DNA of 64,000 nucleotides from Fervidicoccaceae archaeon (GCA_038734945.1 JAVYOA010000002.1:62001-126000), one strand, 5' to 3'; shown: positions 19,556-29,317, counted from the stretch's first letter. The notes: generated by a model from the sequence alone, not told the origin. A program made the numbers and translations.

Positions 19556-19863
19556 GACGCAAGCACCCGATGATTCTTTTGCAGTTATTAAGGCTTCTCT
19601 GTATGGTTCATCAACTCTGTTTTGTGAGAATTTTGTTCAATATATTTTTATATTCATTATGCTATCAACCTTTTCCGCAATGGGAAGTATCTACATAAGC
19701 GCGCTGAAAGCCCTTAAACTTAACTTAGCTGATGGAGAAAATAAATTGATTTTCTAAGAGTATAGCAATTTTGATTTTTATCAATTCATTTATTGGCGTG
19801 TATTTAACTCAAGTTTATAATTTTTTCATTACATTGAAAAGAGATTGAGATGGGGGATCAGTT

Positions 19864-20730
19864 GTGAGGGTAGGAATAATAGGTTTTGGAAACATGGGGA
19901 GTGCAATAGCAAAAAGGCTCGTGCAACAGGGATATACAGTAGCAGGATGGAACAGAACGAAGGATAAAGTAACAAAAATTGAGGGCGTTGCTCCTCTTTC
20001 CTCTCAATGGGAAGTTTTGAAGAGCTCGGATATAACTCTAGTAGTATTGAGTGATGATGAGGCTGTCGAAAGTGTGATCCTTGAAAATGGGGAAATGTTG
20101 AGCAGTTTGCCGATGGGAACTGTTATAGCAAATGTTTCTACAATAACTCCATATATGAGCATGAGGCTTTACAGGGAGCTGAAAAGAAGAGGGTTGAAGT
20201 ACATAGAGGCTCCAGTTCTCGGAGGTCCTCAGGCAGCTCTCTCAGGTTCCCTAATATCTTTGATAGGTGGAGAAAGGGAGATGCTGAATGTAGCTAGAGA
20301 GGTTTTCAGGGCTGTAGCCAGAGAGATCTTCTATGCAGGAGAAGTCCCAAAGGCTGCTGCTTTGAAGCTGGTGTTTAACTCTGGCACGTTCACGGCTGTT
20401 GAATTAATTGGTGAAATGCTTTCCCTAGCATCTGCTTGGGAGATAGATACAGAGCTGGTGAAAGAAATAGCCTCAAAGACTGTCCTATCTCAACTTTTCT
20501 CCACATATTTGGAAAGAGGACTAGATCAAAAATTCCCGCCGGGATTCTATCTCGATCTTGTAGCAAAAGATCTCTCATATGCATTATTGTCGAGCAGAAA
20601 AGGAAGCAGCTTTATTCCATCCATAGCTGGGGCCTATGAAGCATATATATCTGCTGCTAGATCTGGCTTTGGAAAAAAGGATTATGCTTCCATTATAAGG
20701 TATCTTATGAGGGGGGCTAGTGAGCAATGA
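19864..20730 (+). CDS. NAD(P)-dependent oxidoreductase, 3-hydroxyisobutyrate/6-phosphogluconate dehydrogenase family
   Basis: GIIGFGNMG, WNRT, EAPVLGG, LKLVFN, KDL. Confidence 0.92.
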   Translation: MRVGIIGFGNMGSAIAKRLVQQGYTVAGWNRTKDKVTKIEGVAPLSSQWEVLKSSDITLVVLSDDEAVESVILENGEMLSSLPMGTVIANVSTITPYMSMRLYRELKRRGLKYIEAPVLGGPQAALSGSLISLIGGEREMLNVAREVFRAVAREIFYAGEVPKAAALKLVFNSGTFTAVELIGEMLSLASAWEIDTELVKEIASKTVLSQLFSTYLERGLDQKFPPGFYLDLVAKDLSYALLSSRKGSSFIPSIAGAYEAYISAARSGFGKKDYASIIRYLMRGASEQ

Positions 20731-21233
20731 GCTCTGAAGATGAACTCAAGAACATTCTCAACAAGCTCATATCAGAACTTCTTTCTAGAGCATCATCTGA
20801 AAATGAGGCTTTCATATATGAGGTTAATCCGACTTCTCCCAACGGTATATATTTTTTAAACGATGGGCATTGGAAACTCTATAGAGTTGACGGGCTTCCT
20901 CTTCATCCTGGCGAGCAGGGGGATGGAATATATGCTTTCTATTTTGATAACACCAAATGTGGCGCCTGCAGGAGATTTGATAGAGAGTGGTTCCCATTTG
21001 TTGAGAAGAACGCCACAAAGGCAAAGTTCTTCATAATCCTGTGCGATTGGTTTGCAAGGGAGTGCTCAAGCAAAGCTGCTTCATTGACATTCACTCTGAA
21101 TGAAGTGAGGGCTTCTCCCACGACTATCTTCTTTAAGGTTTTAGGAGGGGAAATAAAAGAACAGGAGAGGATCGAGGGGGTAGTTCAGAGACAGAAGCTG
21201 GAAGAAGTTCTGGAAAGGCTGATCAGCAAGTAG
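20727..21233 (+). CDS. Thioredoxin-fold protein
   Basis: FYFDNTKCGAC (CxxC), VRASPT cis-Pro loop, RIEG; ATGA overlap with upstream gene. Confidence 0.85.
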   Translation: MSSEDELKNILNKLISELLSRASSENEAFIYEVNPTSPNGIYFLNDGHWKLYRVDGLPLHPGEQGDGIYAFYFDNTKCGACRRFDREWFPFVEKNATKAKFFIILCDWFARECSSKAASLTFTLNEVRASPTTIFFKVLGGEIKEQERIEGVVQRQKLEEVLERLISK

Positions 21234-21237
21234 TGGA

Positions 21238-22110
21238 TCACTCTTTGGCTCTGGATGTGAGGAGGAATGCCATTCCTACTATAGCAACGAACATTCCAGC
21301 AGCAATTGGATATGTTATGTTCTGGTTAACAATGAAATAGCTAAGGATTGTAGCACCAATCGGTTCTCCAAGTGCTATTGAGGATACAATCGAAGCTTTT
21401 TCCATTTTAAGAAGATAGTTCATAACTGTGTGCCCTCCAATCATTGGAATGATTGCCAGGAGTAGAAGATATTCCCAGCTTTTCTCACCAACAGAGAAAA
21501 AAGATATTCCATACATTTTGCCTATTATGAATACTGTGGCTGAAGCGAAGAGATAAGTGGGTACAGTATATGAGCTTAGGCTCACGTTCTTCTTCCTTGC
21601 TATCCTTCCAAGGAAGAAGTAGCCTGCTGCCATAACAGATGCTGTTCCTGAAAGGAGGCTCCCTTCAATCAATTGAAAATTGAATGGAGAAAGAAAGGGA
21701 TCCATCATTATAACAATTCCAGAAAATGCTATTAGCATACCGATTATTTCCCTCAATCTCAGAAGCTCCCTAAGAAAAACTCTCTCCATTACAGCAATTA
21801 CTGCAGGATATGTTACAACTATTGTAGTGCTGAGTGATACTGGAATGAGAAAGAGAGATGTCATCCAAAGCAGGAAGTGCAACCCAAGAAATGCCCCGGA
21901 GAGAAGTGAGAAGAGGGAGAAGCTGAATGGGTTATTCCTCTCAATTACGATCGAATATAATGCTATTATAGCTGAAGATATGAAAAGTCTCCAGAAAGCA
22001 GCATGAAATGCTGTGACTCCTGATAATAGAACAAGAACTGAGGCTGAAGATATGCTGAGCCAGGCTATAAAGAGAAGTGCCGTTGTCTTTCCAACTTCCC
22101 TCTGCTTCAT
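21238..22110 (-). CDS. DMT/EamA-family transporter (start revised to ATG 22110)
   Basis: Ten TM segments, AFWRL, GHTVMNYLL, LGEPIGA; the longer ORF-track start runs into the tRNA promoter region. Confidence 0.9.
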   Translation of the reverse strand: MKQREVGKTTALLFIAWLSISSASVLVLLSGVTAFHAAFWRLFISSAIIALYSIVIERNNPFSFSLFSLLSGAFLGLHFLLWMTSLFLIPVSLSTTIVVTYPAVIAVMERVFLRELLRLREIIGMLIAFSGIVIMMDPFLSPFNFQLIEGSLLSGTASVMAAGYFFLGRIARKKNVSLSSYTVPTYLFASATVFIIGKMYGISFFSVGEKSWEYLLLLAIIPMIGGHTVMNYLLKMEKASIVSSIALGEPIGATILSYFIVNQNITYPIAAGMFVAIVGMAFLLTSRAKE

Positions 22111-22222
22111 TCTTTTTCCCACAGAGCATAACTTTACAATTGCTTTAGAATTCAGAAAACAGTATAATTGAATAACTATAGTGAAAAATAAATAAATCGA
22201 TCTACCATTCAATAACGATATA

Positions 22223-22307
22223 GCGGGGGTGCCCGAGCATGGTCAAAGGGGTCGGACTTAGGCTCCGATGGAGGAGTCCTGCGTGGGTTCAAATCCCACC
22301 CCCCGCA
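22223..22307 (+). tRNA. tRNA-Leu(TAG)
   Basis: Cloverleaf identical to the tRNA at 11546 except anticodon loop CTTAGGC; no intron, no encoded CCA. Confidence 0.97.
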
Positions 22308-22361
22308 CTCAATATAGTAGAGGATTACCGTTCATGAGAATGAAGAAGAATTAGAACTCCC

Positions 22362-23267
22362 TTGCTCCAAATGTTATTAATTTGTTTGAAATCAATGTTG
22401 AAACCAGAGGTATATTTGGAAATGAGAGAAAGCTGTGAGGGTGCTGCAGTTTTTATAAATCCTGAAAGCAATGAAGCAGTTGCTTCTCTGGAGATTCTTT
22501 GGAAGGAAGCAAAAGAAATTGATTTGAATCTTTTTGTCGCAGAGGAAAGCCTGAACGGTAGAGAAAAAGAGATCAACTTACCTGTTTTTCCGTTAGAAAA
22601 GATTAAGCCCTGCTGGAGCATTATAGTTGGGGGGGATGGTACTCTTCTCAAAGCAGTGCGATTCGATAGAATAAGAAATTCTGTTATAGCAACTGTGGGC
22701 TCCGGCAGGAGGTGCTATTACTTTGATATAACAACAAGAGAAATTGAGGGTCTTTTGAAGAGATTGGTGAAGAGAAATTTCATCGAGCAACATCTTTGGA
22801 TGCTGGAAGCTAAAGGAGATGGGTTTAGAGAGAACTTCCTGAACGAAATAGTGATACATGGGGGAAGCATTAAAGTAATAGAGCTCAGAATATCAATAAA
22901 TGGGGATGAGCTCTACAGACTTGCAGGAGATGGGGTAATAATAGCAACATCTTCTGGTTCTACAGCCTACAGTTTAAGTGCAGGGGGACCAATAGTAGAT
23001 CCCCTTCTTTCTTCAATTGTAATCACTCCTCTCAGCTCCATGTCCCTTCATGCTAGACCAATAGTAGTAGATCCTTTTTCCACCATAGAAGTTGAAGTTC
23101 TGAAGAGAACAGGAAAAGAGAGAATGATCGTTGATGGTCAAGTTGATTTTCCAGTCCCAAGCAAAGTTGGAATTAGCCTTAACGAGGTACCATTGAGAAT
23201 TGCCAGAGTAAGGTGGATGAGGTTCTATGAAAGAGTTCTCAGAGGAAAATGCAGTAATAATTTTTGA
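22362..23267 (+). CDS. nadK: NAD(+) kinase (true start possibly ATG 22422)
   Basis: VGGDGTLL, LNE, GDGVIIATSSGSTAYSLSAGGP, DGQ. Confidence 0.93.
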   Translation: MLQMLLICLKSMLKPEVYLEMRESCEGAAVFINPESNEAVASLEILWKEAKEIDLNLFVAEESLNGREKEINLPVFPLEKIKPCWSIIVGGDGTLLKAVRFDRIRNSVIATVGSGRRCYYFDITTREIEGLLKRLVKRNFIEQHLWMLEAKGDGFRENFLNEIVIHGGSIKVIELRISINGDELYRLAGDGVIIATSSGSTAYSLSAGGPIVDPLLSSIVITPLSSMSLHARPIVVDPFSTIEVEVLKRTGKERMIVDGQVDFPVPSKVGISLNEVPLRIARVRWMRFYERVLRGKCSNNF

Positions 23268-23634
23268 TACAGCTGCCTTTCTTGCAGGCCTTCATCTGCT
23301 GATTGGAGGAAAAGTTGTTACAGTTGAAGAGGTGATCCAGGAAGTTAAAGACTCATACAGCGCTTCCAGGCTAGAGTACGGTGTGGAGGCAAACAAGGTG
23401 GAGCTATTGGAAGTGGGAAGGATCACGGTATCCTCAATCATTCCTGATGAGCTCCGTAGCAAGTTGAGCAGAACTGATCTGAAGATACTCCAGCTAGCTT
23501 ATGAAATGAAGAAAAAAGGAAAGAATGTTGTTGTACTAACTGATGACTATGCTCTCCAGAAATCGCTTCTATTTTTGAAAATTGATTTTAGGCCAGTAAG
23601 GCATAGAGGCATAAAGGAAAAAAAGATTGACTAG
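23227..23634 (+). CDS. nob1: NOB1-family PIN-domain endonuclease
   Basis: IFDTAAFL, VIQEVKD, LSRTD, LTDDYALQ. Confidence 0.88.
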   Translation: MKEFSEENAVIIFDTAAFLAGLHLLIGGKVVTVEEVIQEVKDSYSASRLEYGVEANKVELLEVGRITVSSIIPDELRSKLSRTDLKILQLAYEMKKKGKNVVVLTDDYALQKSLLFLKIDFRPVRHRGIKEKKID

Positions 23635-25919
23635 CCCGTTATTTTGTAAATAATCACTGCTACAAATATCTTATCCGTGCTTGTGCTGTAAATAGGATCA
23701 ACAACGATCCTGAATGGCTGCAGGTCATGGAATGGTTTGTCTTCTATTGTTGCGCCACTCACAAAGTCAATGAAGCTCACGTTCCCATGTATATCGAGGG
23801 GAGTGCCCCTCATTATTGAGGTATCGTTCATGTGATATACAGCATCTATCATCATTCTATATATAAGAGTGCTTTGCACGAGGGGATCTGTCCAGTTTGG
23901 TCCAACAACAGGATAGTTTGTACCCTGATATGGTATTGACTGAATAGCAAAGTAGGGAGAATATGCTGTGAGGTTTAGCCTTCCGCCAATTCTAAGCATC
24001 CATATGGACTTAGGTATATCTGCAAGTCCCACTGTTCCAGTATATATAGAGACGTATGGTCCTATTACCCAACTATCATTTGCTACCTGGTATGCTCTGA
24101 AAACATCAAAGACAGCAATATATGTATTGTTGGCAGGAGCTTTGAAGTCATTGAGTGCAATGCCTATGGTTTCATTCTCATTCTGGGCCGTGAGGGCCTG
24201 GGCAAGAAGTGCTATCTGTGTTCCGTTGATTGTTGCACCATCTGCTACTGTAGCCCTCCCAGTCATTACTGGGATCCAGTATCCGTAGTCCCACCAGGGC
24301 ATGAAAACGCTGTTGGGTGCTGTTTCATTCTTTATCACATCAAGCGCATATATCCATGCCTTGTTTTCAACAGCCAGCCCTATTCCTCCAGAGAGTATGA
24401 GAGGAGGTGCCCTTGCCTGAACAATTGTTGTTGAGAGCTGAAATCCTCCAATAACTATGAGAAAGATCAAGATGCTGGTCCATACTATTATTCCTATTTC
24501 ATCCACTTTTCTTGCATATTTCTTAGCTTTTTTCTCCTTCGTCTGCATCTGTATTGAAGCCTCGCTTATTCCAAAGCTCTTCGTGAGCAATTGCGATATG
24601 GGAGCTACACCCATGCCTCCTATAGCCGAAAGCATTGTGGCAACGAACATCAGCAAGTAAGATGCTCTGAGTCCCATGTATGTCACCAGGGGGACTAGGA
24701 AAACGAAGAGAATGTTGATTGGCTGTTTTTTCATGATAAATAGCCCATATACAAAGTAGACCCATGACAACAGCAATCCAAGAGCTGTCAACCTTATCAT
24801 CATTGATAAGCTGAGTGTTTGGTGCTCAGAGACAGAGGCAACAAGTGGATTGTTTGTCTCTATTCCGAGAAAATAGTAGGCTCTTCCTGAAATGTCCAAT
24901 AGGTTGAAGTAAATTGCAGTTAAACCCAACATGCCTACAGCAAGCAAGGTTCCTAAATATATAGTTCTCCAGGAGAGCTTTTCCTTTTTTCCGAAGGGGG
25001 TTCTGCCTAGAATATAATGCTCTGCAAATGCGATTGAATAGAGGGCGTAACCTCCAATTAGGAAGAGGCCTGCTCCTTTGATTATTGCAACGAAGGAGAC
25101 CGTTGGGGAAGTTGACTGAACTAGAAGAGAGATCAAAAGAAAAGCACCGAGAAATAGCTCTTCTCTCTTTTCTGGCTGCTTCACAATTGGATAGAGACCC
25201 ATGAAAATTCCTAGGATTAGGTCCACTATCTGGTATCCTCCCCAGCTCCAAGCAACCAGAGATAAAACAATTGCCGAGGTGATGGTATAGATCCACTTGC
25301 TCCTGTAAGCAGATGACTTTATCATTTTCACAAAGAGAAATAATCCAAGCAATATTGTCGGCTGGACCATTCCCAGCTTAACGAAGAAACCAGCATTTGT
25401 TCTATCAAGCGTTCCTGGAATAACGGCAGCAATGAAGGCTGAAAAGATGCCGGCTAGCTCGCCTCCGATCTCCCTGGCTAAAAGATATGAGAATAGAACG
25501 ATGAGGGCTCCTGCTATTGGGGGTTGGAGAACTGACCACTGCAGAACGGAGAGCCCAAAAATCTTTGCTATAGGATACGTTAGAGCTGCGAGCATCATGT
25601 TGAAAGGATAGTCCGTATTGGTTATATCCCTTCCCCATGGGTACCAGAAAATGTGTGTAGCATTGTTAGATGCTGTGAGAGTGTACCAAGACGATATTCC
25701 ATGCTCAACCAAGTAATTTGTGCCCCAGTACATAAAGTAGGGATCGGCCTCATCCAGATAGTAGCCATATAGGAAAATTCTTTGGATTCTTATGTAAAAT
25801 GCAAGAAAAGCTATGAGAATGGAGATAATTGCTCCTAATATCTTTCTCCTTCTATAAAGCTTGTCGAGAAATGATAGCTTGGTCTCACTACTTTCCTTGG
25901 TTTTTTGCATTTTCGACAT
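23631..25919 (-). CDS. aglB: Oligosaccharyltransferase AglB (STT3); start likely ATG 25919
   Basis: EADPY, FWYPWGR, SVSEH, WWDYG, VADG, DIPKSIWM (DK motif); polytopic. Confidence 0.96.
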   Translation of the reverse strand: MSKMQKTKESSETKLSFLDKLYRRRKILGAIISILIAFLAFYIRIQRIFLYGYYLDEADPYFMYWGTNYLVEHGISSWYTLTASNNATHIFWYPWGRDITNTDYPFNMMLAALTYPIAKIFGLSVLQWSVLQPPIAGALIVLFSYLLAREIGGELAGIFSAFIAAVIPGTLDRTNAGFFVKLGMVQPTILLGLFLFVKMIKSSAYRSKWIYTITSAIVLSLVAWSWGGYQIVDLILGIFMGLYPIVKQPEKREELFLGAFLLISLLVQSTSPTVSFVAIIKGAGLFLIGGYALYSIAFAEHYILGRTPFGKKEKLSWRTIYLGTLLAVGMLGLTAIYFNLLDISGRAYYFLGIETNNPLVASVSEHQTLSLSMMIRLTALGLLLSWVYFVYGLFIMKKQPINILFVFLVPLVTYMGLRASYLLMFVATMLSAIGGMGVAPISQLLTKSFGISEASIQMQTKEKKAKKYARKVDEIGIIVWTSILIFLIVIGGFQLSTTIVQARAPPLILSGGIGLAVENKAWIYALDVIKNETAPNSVFMPWWDYGYWIPVMTGRATVADGATINGTQIALLAQALTAQNENETIGIALNDFKAPANNTYIAVFDVFRAYQVANDSWVIGPYVSIYTGTVGLADIPKSIWMLRIGGRLNLTAYSPYFAIQSIPYQGTNYPVVGPNWTDPLVQSTLIYRMMIDAVYHMNDTSIMRGTPLDIHGNVSFIDFVSGATIEDKPFHDLQPFRIVVDPIYSTSTDKIFVAVIIYKITG

Positions 25920-26053
25920 ACTGCTCTCCTTAATTTTAGTGCTTTTTATCAATGAATATTAAAGTGGTTATATTGTTTTGCTGAAATCTCAAAAAGCTTT
26001 TTGTGCTTCGGTTGTCTAACTATTTTTAAACTTTTTCAGACCTACCTAATAAT

Positions 26054-26458
26054 TTGGGGAAGCTGATCTTGAGCCTGGCCTTCGAGCTTAGGTATGAAAT
26101 GATCACTTTGGAAGCGAAATTCGATTATTACATAGACGTTCTCAAAAGGGCCAGGGAGACAGCGGAGATTAAGGGAAAGAGTGGAAGTGCTGAAACAAAC
26201 ATATGGATACCAACGAAGGAAGTTCTGGATATTGCCTTGGTAAGAATGTCTATAGCTAAAAAAGCTGTGGAAGATGGAAGGAGAGGAGCTATACCATTCT
26301 CGCTGGCAGCAGCACAGCGCGAGCTTGAATCCCTCAGATATCAAATAGAGGGGAAGACCTGCCTTCCTTTTATAAAGAAAACAATAAATGTAGCAATAAG
26401 CGATATAATAATGAGCATAAATTCTGTAAGGAAGAAGGGAGAAGGCTTCTCAATTTAG
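26054..26458 (+). CDS. Hypothetical helical protein
   Basis: 134-aa ORF filling the gap, divergent from aglB, TTTTTAAA box upstream. Confidence 0.6.
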   Translation: MGKLILSLAFELRYEMITLEAKFDYYIDVLKRARETAEIKGKSGSAETNIWIPTKEVLDIALVRMSIAKKAVEDGRRGAIPFSLAAAQRELESLRYQIEGKTCLPFIKKTINVAISDIIMSINSVRKKGEGFSI

Positions 26459-26473
26459 CATGTCTCCACTTTG

Positions 26474-26833
26474 TTAGAGATTTGCTTGTCCAAACACAAT
26501 TTTCCGGAGAGGACATCTCTGGCTTTCCTGCTCGCATAGAACAACTTCGAATTTTGTTAGGAACCTATCAAGACCATCGCAATAAGCAGAGTAACCCCTT
26601 TCAGCTTTCAGAACTTTCATGAGTGGGCAGCTGCTCTTGGGCTGCCTCTCAAGCATGTTGAGCATAAGGTCAGGCTTCTTGCTTATTATAGCTTCCTGCG
26701 GACCAGCCGCCTTATAGAACCTGCATGTTTTATAGCCTTCTCCGTCGCATTTTCCTCTCTCGTACATATCTGCTCCAAGAGAACCCAGAGCAGGGCTAGT
26801 GCACATTCCATTTTTGAAGTAGGGGCAGGGCAT
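26474..26833 (-). CDS. Cys-rich putative metal-binding protein (two internal repeats)
   Basis: CPYF...C...C...CRFY and CPLM...C...C...CPLR halves, eight Cys. Confidence 0.75.
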   Translation of the reverse strand: MPCPYFKNGMCTSPALGSLGADMYERGKCDGEGYKTCRFYKAAGPQEAIISKKPDLMLNMLERQPKSSCPLMKVLKAERGYSAYCDGLDRFLTKFEVVLCEQESQRCPLRKIVFGQANL

Positions 26834-26839
26834 TCTTAT

Positions 26840-26902
26840 CCCTCAGACGCGGGTTCGTTCTATCATAGACACTATCTCATCCCTTGATAGCTTCATCATT
26901 GG
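26840..26902 (-). ncRNA. Box C/D 2'-O-methylation guide sRNA
   Basis: Minus strand: box C ATGATGA (26899-26893), 12-nt guide AGCTATCAAGGG, D' ATGA, C' ATGATAG, 13-nt guide AACGAACCCGCGT, box D CTGA (26846-26843); 57 nt from C to D; intergenic. Confidence 0.8.
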
Positions 26903-26925
26903 TTATTTTTTCTTTGAAATCTGGG

Positions 26926-28029
26926 CTATATTAGATCTTCTCTCTCAATGTTTACACATCCGTAGCTTGAACAAATAAGTCTTGGAACAAGCGTGTAACC
27001 TCTTCTTCCAAGTAAATAAGTGAAGCTTCTTTCCTCAATTTTGTTTTTATCATACACAAGCAAGATTGGTTGACATCCTTCGTCTATGCATGCTATTTTT
27101 TTTCCCAGAAGCTCCCAGCCACTCCAAAGCATCCTGAGCACTGTGCTCTCATCTATGGCAGTAGACCAGGTCATGAACCTGTAGAGAAGAAGAGATAGGG
27201 AAGAAAGAAAGAGGGGGGAGTCAAGTTGTTTTCCCGTACCTATCATGAGTTTCCAATAGGAACTTGAAACAAATTTTATCAGAGGAAAGTTGCTTCCAGA
27301 ACCTGTATAGGATGCCTCCGCTGGCAAATGAGCAATCCATGAATGCTGCGATCTTATTGCTTCGACGTCCCTGTTTGTCAGCCAGTCTCCCCCAACAATA
27401 ATAGTTTTTTCGTTTAGAAGATTCTCGCTGAGCAAATGGTCAATGGGAGTTTTTCCAGTCTTTTCGATGGAGCTAAAAAGCTCCTCGGAAGTCAGAAGTG
27501 TTTTTACAACAAAATAAAAATTGCTTTCTTCAAATCGTCTCTTCAATTTTTCTATATCGTTTTCATTTAAGCTTGAGACTCTTTCTATAAAGATCCCTTC
27601 TATGCAACCACTTTCCCTCATTTTTTCCTCTGAGAGTGATGCTTCCCGCTGCTCCAGAATGTTCATGCTTTCAGAATTCAGGGGACAGATAAGGAGAATA
27701 TCTTCTTTTTTCCCATTGCTCCTCCTAATTCTGAATATTCCTCCCCCCCATCCAAGTATTAAGGAATCTCTGAAAAATGAGCGTTCGGTTGAGGAATCTA
27801 TGCCATGAGAACTTATTGGAAAATCAGAAGAGTCTGAGAAACCATTGAAAAATGACTGAACGACAAATCCCTTTCTGCAGTCAAGAACCGTTCCACTCCT
27901 ATCTCCTCTTGAGAAGCTAAGTCCTTCGTGGTCAATAAGCAATCTTTCAGCCTTAATCATCTTTGGTATTCCACGGCTTAGTCCAATTACTCCTGAGCAG
28001 CTCTCAAGCTGAATTGGAAGATGAACCAA
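26926..28029 (-). CDS. Amidohydrolase-superfamily protein with degenerate active site
   Basis: Overall SsnA/MtaD-like layout (LDCRKGFVV, TGKTPIDHL, AHLP, MIGTG, IDEG) but metal-ligand His/Asp motifs replaced. Confidence 0.7.
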   Translation of the reverse strand: MVHLPIQLESCSGVIGLSRGIPKMIKAERLLIDHEGLSFSRGDRSGTVLDCRKGFVVQSFFNGFSDSSDFPISSHGIDSSTERSFFRDSLILGWGGGIFRIRRSNGKKEDILLICPLNSESMNILEQREASLSEEKMRESGCIEGIFIERVSSLNENDIEKLKRRFEESNFYFVVKTLLTSEELFSSIEKTGKTPIDHLLSENLLNEKTIIVGGDWLTNRDVEAIRSQHSWIAHLPAEASYTGSGSNFPLIKFVSSSYWKLMIGTGKQLDSPLFLSSLSLLLYRFMTWSTAIDESTVLRMLWSGWELLGKKIACIDEGCQPILLVYDKNKIEERSFTYLLGRRGYTLVPRLICSSYGCVNIEREDLI

Positions 28030-28096
28030 TGGGGGATCACCGATTGAAAACAGTGCTGCTATTGGAAAAATACTCGGCGATATTTTTAAAAAAAGA

Positions 28097-28300
28097 TCAT
28101 GGAATTCTGCTCAATATTATTTTAGCTGAGCCATTGTATTTGTGTATCTCCATGCTCATATCATGTATTCTATAGCTGCATACAGGGCACTTGTAATACG
28201 TTGATACTTTTTTCATCCCATTTCCGAATGTTTCCGTCTCCATTGAGAATTCCATCGTTGTGTGGCATCTTGGGCAGTTCATTAGCTCTTTGCTTAGCAA
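28097..28300 (-). CDS. Small zinc-ribbon protein
   Basis: CPRC...YKCPVC; GAGGTG RBS upstream. Confidence 0.75.
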   Translation of the reverse strand: MLSKELMNCPRCHTTMEFSMETETFGNGMKKVSTYYKCPVCSYRIHDMSMEIHKYNGSAKIILSRIP

Positions 28301-28453
28301 CTCTCACACCTCTCATTTCCAAGTTTTCTGCTTTTGCCGTCCTCACTCACAAGAGTTTTGGACTCCCCAAACTAATAACTTTTTTTAGAAAAATAAGAGG
28401 TATGCAGGGAAAAGATAAGAACGGTATTCTGTTGATTCAAGAGGGGCGGGAGT

Positions 28454-29317
28454 TTGAGAAGGGATCTATTGAAGGATATTGCAATTGAAGTGGACTGCTG
28501 GAAGAATCCTGTTGGGAGTGTGGATATCATAGGAGATATTGCTATTCTCAGAATTCCTACCTGGATATATAGAGTTGAGGAAGATTGCCTCTCGAAAATT
28601 GCTGATTCTTTTCTAAAGAGAATTCCATATATAAAGAGTGTTTGGCTTTCAGCATCTCCAGTACTGGGAGAGAAGAGGACAAGGGAGCTGAAGCATCTTG
28701 CAGGGGAAAGGAGAACAGAAACCATATACAGGGAGCATGGGATTTCCTTCTTAGTTGATATTTCAAAAAGCTATGTTTCTCCTAGGCTAAGCTACGAGCA
28801 TTTAAGAATAGCAAAGCTTGTAAGAGATGGAGAAGTTGTAACTAACTTTTTCTCAGGTATAGGAGGTTTCTCTCTTGTTATAGCGAAGAATTCAGGTGTA
28901 AGGCTTGTTAACTCGATTGATATAAACAAGGATGCCGTTGAAATGCAGAGAAAGAGCATTGAACTGAATGGCTTAGAGGGAAAGGTAAGAGTCTTTCTTG
29001 GTGATGCGAGAGAAATCTCCAGATTATTTTTAAAGGGTTCCTCGGATAGAGTTCTCTTTCCTTTGCCAGGAATAGATGAGAGTTTCTACAGAGCAGCAGT
29101 CGAGGTTCTGAGAGGAAATGAGGGTTACTTTCATGTATACGAGTTTGTGAATGTCAAGCAAAGTGAGGATGAGGCCATAGAGAGGAAATTCGATGATATT
29201 GGTAAAACGCTCCTCAGGCTTGGTTGGAGATCGGAATTAGTTTTCTTCAGAAAGGTTAGATCCGTTGGTCCTAGAAAGATACAAGTTGCAATGGACATTT
29301 TCTTGAGGAGAGTCTAA
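28454..29317 (+). CDS. Trm5/Taw2(Met-10+)-family tRNA methyltransferase
   Basis: DIIGDIAI, LAGERRTETIYREHG, SPRLSYEHLR, FSGIGGF, IDIN, GDA, SVGP. Confidence 0.88.
   Translation: MRRDLLKDIAIEVDCWKNPVGSVDIIGDIAILRIPTWIYRVEEDCLSKIADSFLKRIPYIKSVWLSASPVLGEKRTRELKHLAGERRTETIYREHGISFLVDISKSYVSPRLSYEHLRIAKLVRDGEVVTNFFSGIGGFSLVIAKNSGVRLVNSIDINKDAVEMQRKSIELNGLEGKVRVFLGDAREISRLFLKGSSDRVLFPLPGIDESFYRAAVEVLRGNEGYFHVYEFVNVKQSEDEAIERKFDDIGKTLLRLGWRSELVFFRKVRSVGPRKIQVAMDIFLRRV

Noticed and set aside
11631..22222. Integrated element bounded by the two tRNA-Leu direct repeats
   Set aside because: Both copies are full-length tRNAs with different anticodons; the segment holds housekeeping genes and no integrase or viral/plasmid genes
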